A stretch of DNA of 64,000 bases. It comes from Octopus sinensis (Eukaryota). The position numbers and the translations under genes were made by a program. The notes beneath the pieces are model-generated. The model was given only the letters and a program-made list of their open reading frames with translations, was not told the origin of the DNA and did not search any database. The stretch lies in assembly GCF_006345805.1 (NCBI RefSeq), contig NC_043004.1, positions 24,118,001 through 24,182,000 on the forward strand, read 5' to 3'. Below, one piece after another: positions 54,308 through 64,000 of this stretch (positions are counted from its first letter, which is position 1; each line of letters starts with the position of its first letter).

Positions 54308-54878
54308 ATGTATGTATGTATATATATATATACATATGTACATATATACATACACACACATAGATATGTATGAGAGAGATAGAGAGGAGCAGGGAGGGAG
54401 AGAGAGGCACACACATATGAACATAAATAGATGTGTATTACTATATCTAAACACATATATACATTCGTATATTCCACACATGTGGAATTCACATTAGTAC
54501 CTCAATAAATATAATTTTCCCCTACACACAGCAAATTGACATACACACACTAGCAAGTCAGTATGTGAGTATGAATGTTTACATATGTTTAAATATTTGT
54601 AAACAACCATTCTATATTTAGAGAGATAGTTTAGGTCTACTACGCATCTGTATTGTGTTTCATCGAATGAAGTTATTAAATGTTTGTTTAAATGGTACAC
54701 GATTGCTTGAGTATAAGTACAACTTGTGTGTACAAACAATGTCACATACTGTGACTATAAAGAATCATATATAATAAACGTACGCATGGTTTGTGAGCGA
54801 AGGCAGCTCTTTTATATAAAAAAATGTTTTTGTATGTTAAACCCTCCAACACACATATATACTATATATATATAATAC

Positions 54879-54910
<32 letters not shown>

Positions 54911-54916
<6 letters not shown>

Positions 54917-54942
54917 TATCTATGTCTAAGATATATGATCTT

Positions 54943-54999
<57 letters not shown>

Positions 55000-55099
55000 G
55001 GTATGTATCTATGTCTAAGTACGTTTAAACTATTGGCTAAACTGGCAAAATGACCATTCCGAAATATAAGGATATATATATATATATTATATAATATAT

Positions 55100-55130
<31 letters not shown>

Positions 55131-55635
55131 GTTTCTTTATTAGCCACAGATGGTTGCACACAGACGGGACAGATTACAAAGTAGAGCATTTCTTTTAGGG
55201 GAGAGAAAAAAATGGGGTAGGTTTTCGATCAAAAGGGATCGTAAAAGGAAAATAAAAAATAAAAAATAAAAAAAGGAGAAAGAAAAGAAAAGGGAAAGAA
55301 AAACTATCAGAATTCTTTGCGTAATGAGATTAAAAAATCAAGGCTGTGTAGATATTAGAACATTTATAGACAGAATGTTTTACAGCTGTTTCCAGGATAT
55401 TTATTAGTTATATCCCTTCATCGGAGACGGTGTGAGAGGATCGTTAAGTAATAATTAATTTAGATGGGATATAAAATAGAGAGTGAGGTGGGAGAAAGAA
55501 TATAGATGTGAGATATGTAGGGATATTGAATTTGCAGATCCATTTTTTAGGCAGAATGTTATATATGTAAGATTCCAATACCTTATGAGAAAAATCCAAC
55601 AATATATATATATATCTTAGACATAGATACATACC

Positions 55636-55708
<73 letters not shown>

Positions 55709-55756
55709 TACATATATACATATATAAAGATCATATATCTTAGACGTAGATACATA

Positions 55757-55758
<2 letters not shown>
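54911..55758. repeat. Foldback structure: inverted arms each with two GGTATGTATCTATGTCTAAG motifs spaced by (TA)n, enclosing Penelope-like fragments
   Basis: Left motifs 54911-54943 and 55000-55019; right inverted motifs 55616-55635 and 55726-55758. Confidence 0.85.
55377..55428 (-). ncRNA. Non-canonical hammerhead-like motif
   Basis: Minus strand: GTCT-CCGATGA-A-GGGATAT aactaataa ATATCCT-G-GAAAC-AGCT-GTA-AAAC, with palindromic helix III ACAGCTGT. The U4 position is C and the base of helix II is imperfect. Confidence 0.4.
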
Positions 55759-55795
<37 letters not shown>

Positions 55796-56512
55796 CGTAC
55801 ATACATACGTACATACATACATACATACATACATACATACGCACACACTCACACACACACACGCACATAGAGAGAGAATATGCATAACTCTCCGAAATTA
55901 ATAAATTACTAAAAAAAAAACAACGCCAATCTTTTTAAACGTGTTCTTAAGTTCTATTACACCTTTAAATTTCTTCATATGTTCGAATGCAAACAAAATG
56001 AACACGCATAACACATCCATCCATGGTCGTTAACATATAAAATGTGTGTGTGTATGTACGCTAATATGTGTGTATCTATGTGTGCGTGCATGTGTATGTA
56101 TATGTGTATATGTATGTGTATGCATGTATGTATATACATATATATATGTATATATGTGTGTGTGTGCGCGAGCGCTTTCTTAGTTTGCAATTGACGGTTT
56201 TAACTTTTAATTTTTAGTTCTAATTTTAAGTTTTAACTTTAATTCTTAATCCTTTATCTCGTAGCATTTAATTGCTATTAAGCTTGAAATATTATTTTAA
56301 ATAAGCGTATTAACCACCATACTATTGTCCTTTGAAACCTTATCTAGACTTGTCTCCCCCCCCCTTTACTGAAACTTTAATGTTTGACCTCTCACCCCGA
56401 TGCAATATTGATATATCTCTGCCATTACATTTAATTTTATTTTATTTTTATTTTTATTCTTATTTAATCTTTTTGCCCCTTTCAAATATTTATTTTTACT
56501 CCTTTCTCCTTT

Positions 56513-56544
<32 letters not shown>

Positions 56545-57439
56545 TTCTCCTCTCTCTCTATCTTTCTCCTTTCTCTCTCTCCCTAAAAAACGTTTGTGAT
56601 ATCTCTACCATTACATTTATATTTATTTTATTTAAAAAACAATTTATTATTTTTCACCTTTTTGCCGCTATCTTATTTTTTATTCTATTCTCCTCACTCT
56701 GCCCCCTCTTTCTCTTTCTCCTCTCTTTCCTATATACACCCACTCACAAAACCCATTTATGCCTATCTTACTTTCTCGCTCTATATACATATTTACAATA
56801 TAAATACAGCATTCAACATACTGTCAAAATATCGCCTGGGTTTACATTGGATTTTAACGAAGGACTTTTGCCTTCTTGGAAGTACTGACCAACATCCATA
56901 TCCTCAGGAAAAAGATGAGTTGTGAACATTATTCTCCTGCCTATATTCATCTAACTACTGTTACACTTTATTCTTCTGTTCACTCCTTTCTTCTATTTTA
57001 GTCCTTATAAACTGTGAATTCTATTCCTTGTAAACTGTAAATTTACTGTAACTCTAAAATATTCATACCTTATCTCTAATACCCAGTGCGTGGGAATACT
57101 AACCTACCGCTTGGGTTATGCCAGAAACGGCTGTAAGACATCAAATTCACCTTACTTTAATTTAATTATTCTGAATGACTTGAGATACTCATTCTGCTTT
57201 CGTTTTGATTTTTCCTCTAATACGATACCGACACACACGCACACACACTCACACACATACACACGCAAGCATATATAGATCTTACACCTATATACATTCA
57301 CCAACACACGAACCTTTGCATAAAGTACACACAAACATGCATTTCCGATTCGCAGTTGATGTTTTCGTGCACCATAGCCCTTATAAATCCTTTGGAACTA
57401 CTGCTAGGAATCATGACGTTTTGGACGAACTTGAGCATT

Positions 57440-57600
57440 CTGACGCCATCTGAATTCAAATTCCACCGGTCGAATTGCATTTCATTGTTCTGGAGTCGAT
57501 CAAATAGATGGCAGTTGAGCACTGGCGTCAGTGTAATCGACTTTCCCCCTCCCCCCCAAATTGCCGGCCTTGTGCTAAAATTTGAAAATTTGAAACCGAT
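57440..57600 (+). mobile_element. SINE family A, degenerate
   Basis: gaattcaaattccaccggtcga...gtaatcgact...ggccttgtgctaaaatttgaaa. Confidence 0.7.
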
Positions 57601-59531
57601 ATTTATCGACTTCTTTACGCCGTATATTAAATGCATACACGAGTTTACTCTAGATTCGACCTCGGAACACCAACCTTGAACTCTACATTTGGATTACCGG
57701 GTGAATGGCTTTTGCTTATTCTTTTACGTCATACAGGTGTGCGTGTTTGTGTATGTGTCTGCGTTTGTATTAAACCTACACATCGAGGAACGAGGCTGAG
57801 GTGGGATTAAACAATAACAACACCGAATTGATAAAAATAACACAATGTAGTTACACTACTGGGATACAAACAACGAACGACTTATATATATGTATGTGCG
57901 TGTATGTGTATGTGTATATACATCCGTGCGTGTGTGTCTGTGTGTCCAGTACATACGCATAAAACACACTACGCATGCGCTCAGCGACACACCACACACA
58001 CATGCACACACATACATATATCAGCGTGTGTAGCCATTTTCATGTCAGAATATCGCATGTCGTTTGTAGTATATATTTGCGATGTAAATGTGTAATGCTG
58101 GAAATATATTAAGCAGTGGTACTGTATAACTAACTGCTACAGGAAGTTATTGCTCCACCAGCTGATAGGTTAAATATTTAACCTCTCAATATATGTCATG
58201 TCAATCAATGTACAGATCCCTAATTATATCATTAATTAGGTTGTCAGCGATTTTTTTCTCTATATCTTAATATCTCAGTTTTATCTTCAGATTCCCTGTA
58301 AACACTGTATCTCATTGTACCTTGTTCAGGATTCGTGCTCATTGGCCTTCTGAGAATATTTCCTGTGAGACAGCAGTCTGCGGAGATATGGTAAACGTGT
58401 TCACTTCATTGGGTGCGAAGTCGTTCGCTACTTTTATTCCAATAGCGGGACTACATGGTGATAAATCCCACTGCCGCCCTGTTCCGGTATGGGTAGGATC
58501 AAAAGATATTCCTGCCGTAATCTTCTCGTCCTTTTCTTATATCAAGGTGATAGTTTTGTGGTTGTGTTATGGTGCTGGTAGTAGTGATGATGACAGTAAT
58601 GGTGATGTTGACGACTGGGATATTATTCATTTCATTACTTTTATCCTCAGGTCAGTCAATACTGACTCTTTTTAGAAATGCCTAGGAAATATAATCCAGT
58701 GTACAATTTCTACGACTTTTAAAACCTTCAACATATGATCTGAGTTTATTTGACTGCTTTGTCAAGCAGATCAAACGAGCACGTACAGGTCCTTGCCATC
58801 TACCTCACAGGCTCTCAACAATGTTTCATGCTATTACAATCCCTTCTGTGGTTAAGCTTCGTATAAATATAACATGGCTTAGTCTTGAGAGATATACGTT
58901 CTATGAACCATGCAATCTGTAACATACAATAGAGAGAGAACTCTTCACTGAAGCTCTAATAGAACAAGTGATTTAGTACACAGCGTTATGTAAGGTTTAT
59001 TGATAACAACCAGGATTTTTACATATACTAGTCATATTGGTATTACAATTGTTATTGTTGGTTTTAATATTTAGCCCTGGGTCAGCGATCATCACAGCTA
59101 AACGACACTGTAGTCGAGGAACATGTCATCTTTTTTTTCGTTTTTTAAACCCTAATGCAGCCTCATTTATCGAAGAAGTCCCTCTTGTTTCAGAGAACAT
59201 CAATTTCTAGCCGTTCACGTTTCCTACGTTGTTTCGTGTTTTATTGTGTAGTGTAATTACTCGAAATATTATATAGCATGATCATTTTGTCATAAATCTG
59301 AATTTGAATAGTGCTATTACCAATTACGAATTACCAATTACGATCATCATGAATTCAGAGAAGTAATTTTCACCAAGATATTTACGGCTTTCATCTCAGT
59401 ATACTTGTTTTACATGTGCTTGGCAAAAGCGTTCTCTGGACACCTGAGACCTATTCTAGTTTTCCAAAATTTAGTATATTTTCGGGTCATCGAACAGATG
59501 ATAGCTTTTAAATAGTCTTTTGTGCAATAGT

Positions 59532-59934
59532 GAAGGCACATGGTTTAGCAGCGATCGTGGTTTGATTTCCGGACCGGCTAGTGTGTTGTGCTTTTGGGCA
59601 AAACATTTCATTACAATTTCCTCCAGTCTCTTGTATATATGTATAACTCTGCGACGGACTAGCGTCCCGTTCAATGGAGATGTTGAGATCTCGGCCATTT
59701 TATTTCAATTTCCTCTAGTCTACGCAACTATAAAAAATGAGTTGTACCTGTATTTCAAAGGGCAAGCCTAGTTACACTGTGTGCCACGCTGAATCTCCCT
59801 GATAACCTGAGAAATTGCGGGAAGAGTACGCGTGTCTGTGGAGTACTCTGCCACTTGCACGTTAATTCCACGATCAAGCTGTTCCGCCGATCGGACCAAG
59901 TGGAGTAGCCGTCGTCGTAGCCGACGGAATGCCA
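59532..59934 (+). mobile_element. SINE family D (one copy or two adjacent pieces)
   Basis: Head similar to 45192; the 3' part from about 59735 is the reverse complement of 27001-27190. Confidence 0.75.
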
Positions 59935-60041
59935 GTATACGCCAGAGATACCGGGTAATTAGCCCTATCAAACAGAGAACTCGAGACGGGACTTCATTTT
60001 GTTGTGATGACTTGATAGAGTGTTGGTTATATAAGTAATAA

Positions 60042-60392
60042 TGGTTGTCCGTCGTTGTCTACGATGACCAGATACATCATATGAGAAAAGAAGGGTGATA
60101 GTGCGTCCGGCTGTGGCTGATCAGGCCGATGCGTATTCAGAAGATTCTTCCGCACGTTGGGCACTGACGGTCTGCTGGGAATGAAGGCAAACAGCTGTCT
60201 CTGGACCATCGCAGCTCACCATTTCTTTGTACTCCTACGATCCTGTTCTTTTCATACACGGTGGTACCTTTGTTGGTGCGTCTTCACTTGGAAGGGCAGT
60301 TCTGTGCTTGCATTTCTCAGGTGTCGGCGTTGATCTGAAAGCACTTCAGTGAGGCTTCGAGTGTGTCTTTGAGACGCTTTTTCTGCCCCTCT
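60042..60392 (-). mobile_element. 3' fragment of an RTE-clade (BovB-like) LINE
   Basis: Manual translation: GQKKRLKDTLEASLKCFQINADT*E...CPTCGRIF*IRIGLISHSRTH (C2H2 finger, three TGA stops); 3' UTR ends gtcatcgtagacaacgacggacaacca. Confidence 0.88.
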
Positions 60393-61015
60393 TACAAATC
60401 AGGATACTTAAAGATATGATATTATACTTGTGGTTCACAGTAATAGAAAAACATACATCAATAACGGGTTACTACAAAAAGAAGTCTCTATACAACTGAC
60501 TTGCAAAAAACAAAAACAACAAAAAAAAAAGAACGTCAGCCAAGTTTGCAATTATTTCTACGGGTAAAACCTTACGTTAATATCAAAATATATCACAAAA
60601 TAAATCAGTATTTGTTTGAATATGTCACATGTTTCTTGTGCTGGCAAACTGCCGAATTCTCTTTTATTTTTCTATATCTAGTTCAGTTGCGCAATTCTTG
60701 TGTGCTGCATGAATATATATATATATTAATATACACAACAGACAGAGTAAACTGAAGAGTTTAACACACTGCGTTGCTTTCTTTTTATTATATATCATGA
60801 TATTCACCTCTCAAATAACAATATAAATTTACATAAAGGTAGTTGACTTAGCTGCCCAACGTTTGTAACATGACAATCTCTTGTCTTACAGGAGGTTAAA
60901 AGTTTGGTTGCTCGTTTCATAAAAAAAGGAGATAGCACGACGGGAATGATTTTGAAAAGAGACCTACGCAGATTCACCTAAACAAAATGCGCTTGCTAAT
61001 TTATCTATGTGTGTA

Positions 61016-61090
<75 letters not shown>

Positions 61091-61134
61091 AATGTATGTA
61101 TGTATGTATTTATGCATGTATGTATGTGTATAGG

Positions 61135-61540
61135 GAGAGAATTCACGAAAAAAGAACAAAAGACGAAGACAGGTGGTGTAGAGAACAAACAGATGTATTA
61201 GTATAACGCTGGGGACTGAAAAAGTCTTTAACGTTTCCAGCCTACGCTCTTCCACAGAAAGGAACACAGAAAGAAATACGGAGAGAAACAAGGAGAGAGA
61301 AAAAATGTGTGTAGTGGCTAGCGGTCTATCACGGCGAATGCTGGACAGAAGGGGCACATAGGAGAGCTTGTAAGACAACAAAGGGATGAAAGAGACCTCG
61401 ATATTATGTAAATAGAGGAATTTATCTGTCAATGTAATATGTGACAATTATTTGGTGTATATATTGTTCTGTGTGGTGAGAGTCATTATCTTTTAGTGCC
61501 TTATTATTTAACACACTCACCAGTAAAGTTTCTTACTCTT
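61135..61540 (-). mobile_element. Longer Penelope-like terminal fragment with hammerhead-like motif at 61226-61261
   Basis: Minus strand: CTTT-CTGTGGA-A-GAGC gtag GCTG-GAAAC-GTT-AAAG. Joins the 32147-type and 12320-type segments in one copy. Confidence 0.6.
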
Positions 61541-63277
61541 TGCTCTTTTACTTGTTTCTGTCATTTGACTGTGGCCATGCTGGAGCACCACCTTTGGTCG
61601 AGCAAACCGACCCCAGGACTTATTTTTTGTAAGCGTAGTACTTGAAGAACATTTAGTGCTGTAGAAATAATGAGAGGAACTCTCATATCAGCCTTTTTGT
61701 GGGAAATGCTCAGTTGTTTATATTGGTCGCAAGGAGATAAATCCCCACCGATATAAGCAAGCGTTCATTTTGCAACAAAAACCTATACGAGAGTTTCTCT
61801 CACAGTATTTACCACACTAAAATCTGTGCTAACAGAATATCCACATTTAAGTGGAAATAAATATGATCGCATTGCTTTGAATGCGGAACTCTGAAGTTAG
61901 AATTAGTTCATTAATATGTTTTATTCTTTGTTATCTAGTCATAGAGACTTCTTAATCATTAGTTATAGATGCTTCCTAACATCCATATTCTTACAACTGA
62001 GTAGAATGATGACGTATAAAGTGAAGTTAAACTATTATATCAACGATTTTTTAAATCCTTTTCTCGTCCATTTTTTTCTTAGCGGAGTCCACTCCCTCGC
62101 GAATATTTGACCAAGCTATCCATTCAAACGATAATTTACTCTTTTTGTCCCAAAAGTTTCAGAAACCTTGAAAGGCTCATGTGCACAAACGTCCCGCTTC
62201 TAGCTCAGCCATATCGTATCGATTAACCTGAGGAGCTAGAGGAACATATTTTGACTGAATCAATGTGAAGCGAAGAGTGGATTTTGATCGTCCTAGGCTA
62301 TTATGTATATATTATGTTTTATGTACTAGGCTATTATGTATGTATTATGTTTTATGTATGGTTCGCTGTGTCACCGAAGAACATCTACTGTCACTCTACA
62401 GCCAAGAGACTAGTGATATCACTCCATCAGATAGGTTGCAGAAAAATTAAAACATTACTAAACTATAATCACGAGACCATCAGTAACTTCATACCGCTCG
62501 TCTCAATCATTGCAAAGACTAATGATGAAATTATTATCATTTCTGTTGACTTCATTGTGATCATTAATATTATTATCGGTTTCATCATTATTTATATTAC
62601 CGTTATTGTGATTGATCTGGTTGTTGCTGCTATTCTTGTGTTTGTTCTTGTTATTTTCTTTCCATCTCAGTTTGTTCGTCCTTCTCTTAGAGGACAGCAA
62701 TCACTCTAATAATAGATGGACATAAAAATATCTAAACTTGGTGTGCACGCAAATTTGGCTAATTACATTTCATAACAGTATTGCTGCATAATCTTATCAA
62801 ACATAAAAGAAACTTTTGATTTCTTTACGAAGTACAATATGAATGAAACATGAAAACACACACGAACACATGCGCGCGCACACACACACGCGTGTGCGCA
62901 TCATATATCCAATTAAGATTGATTATAGTTTTATCAATTCCATTCCATCCTATAGCGCAGAGACGAAACGCATACACGTATCGCTGAAGACTTGCGTCAT
63001 ATTTCTGTTTTGGGAAGAATTAAGTATTCAGTCGTGGATATTTGTTAGAAGAAGGTGTCTAGATCAATACAGATCAAATACAACTTGCATGTCGTCATAC
63101 ATGCATATTATGACGGCAATAATTGGAGACCGCTGAATGAGACAAAGGAAAGAGACACGAGGTGTTTTATATCGTGTAAGTTTTGCGTTTGACACCACTG
63201 ATTTCAAATTGCATTGGGATCGGCTATACGGTATATCAAGAGGAAATTTACGATGAAATATCATTAATATAGAATTA

Positions 63278-63730
63278 TGCGTGGATGTGTGGTAAGAAGT
63301 TTTCTTCCCAATCACATGATTCCGAGTTCAGTTTCCCAGTGTTTCACAGTTTGAGCAGGTGTCTTCGGACAGAAATAAACCCATCGCATATACATGCACA
63401 GATACATGTGTGCATGTGCGTGTGTGCTTGTGTTTGTGTGTATGTATGCGTGTGTGTGTGTGTGTGTGTATGTGTGTGTGTGTGTGCGTGCGTGTGTGAG
63501 TGATTTTGTGCGCGCGTGCGCATTTCTATGTCTACATTTCTCCCCCACCGCTGCTTCACAACCGTTACGCTGTCGTTTATGTTCCCATAAATTTGCGGTC
63601 TCGCAAAAGAGCCAGATGGAATAAGTACCACGCTTTAAAAAATGAAGATCGATTCGTTCGACTAAATCATTTCAAGGCTGTATACCATTATGGTTGCAGT
63701 TCAATGACTGAAAAAAGTAAAAGACAAAAA
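63278..63730 (+). mobile_element. Composite SINE with an internal (GT)-rich microsatellite
   Basis: Head gtggatgtgtggtaagaag...gagttcag; spacer about 63385-63530; tail caaaagagccagatggaataagtacc...caatgactgaaaaaagtaaaaga. Confidence 0.75.
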
Positions 63731-64000
63731 CATAGAAAATAAAAGAAAACTATAAAGGAAGCTACAGGGAATGTTGGTTCTCTCTGGGGCTTCCTCTGCT
63801 TTTCTTCTTTGGGTTTAAATGGACGTGCAATAAAATGTTCCACTTAGTAACACACAAACAATATTACTGTACAGTCAGATATATTCGTCATAACTATGTG
63901 ATGTTTCTATAAGATCAGAACTGTTTTTCCTTACAGATGACGTTTGTAAATAATGTGTCATATATATCTCACAGAGCAATCATATATACATAATAGATAT

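Noticed and set aside
62293-62358. 33-bp tandem duplication, and similar local duplications at about 56410-56730 and 52650-52676
   Set aside because: Ordinary slippage duplications in low-complexity DNA with no further structure.

Overview
AT-rich, microsatellite-saturated eukaryotic DNA. The SINE families and repeat load resemble an octopus/coleoid cephalopod genome (inference, no search run). One host-gene exon is recognisable: the first coding exon of a natriuretic-peptide-receptor/receptor-guanylyl-cyclase-type gene (minus strand, 38030-37253), with a signal peptide, an Asn-rich insert and a phase-1 GTAAGT donor. No second exon was recognised, so 1-37252 may be one very large intron. The rest is transposon-derived or simple-repeat DNA: a young 5'-truncated CR1/L2-group LINE (one nonsense codon in about 810 codons), an RTE-clade LINE 3' fragment, mariner and maT remnants, and three tRNA-headed SINE families, some nested. 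The most notable signal is a set of Penelope-like terminal fragments embedded in (TA)n. They form long near-perfect hairpins and carry hammerhead-ribozyme motifs: a canonical type I motif with an extended helix II, present in both arms of a 149-bp inverted repeat, plus several non-canonical core variants. Almost all other ORFs in the track are microsatellite artefacts. There is a 100-N gap at 41070-41169.
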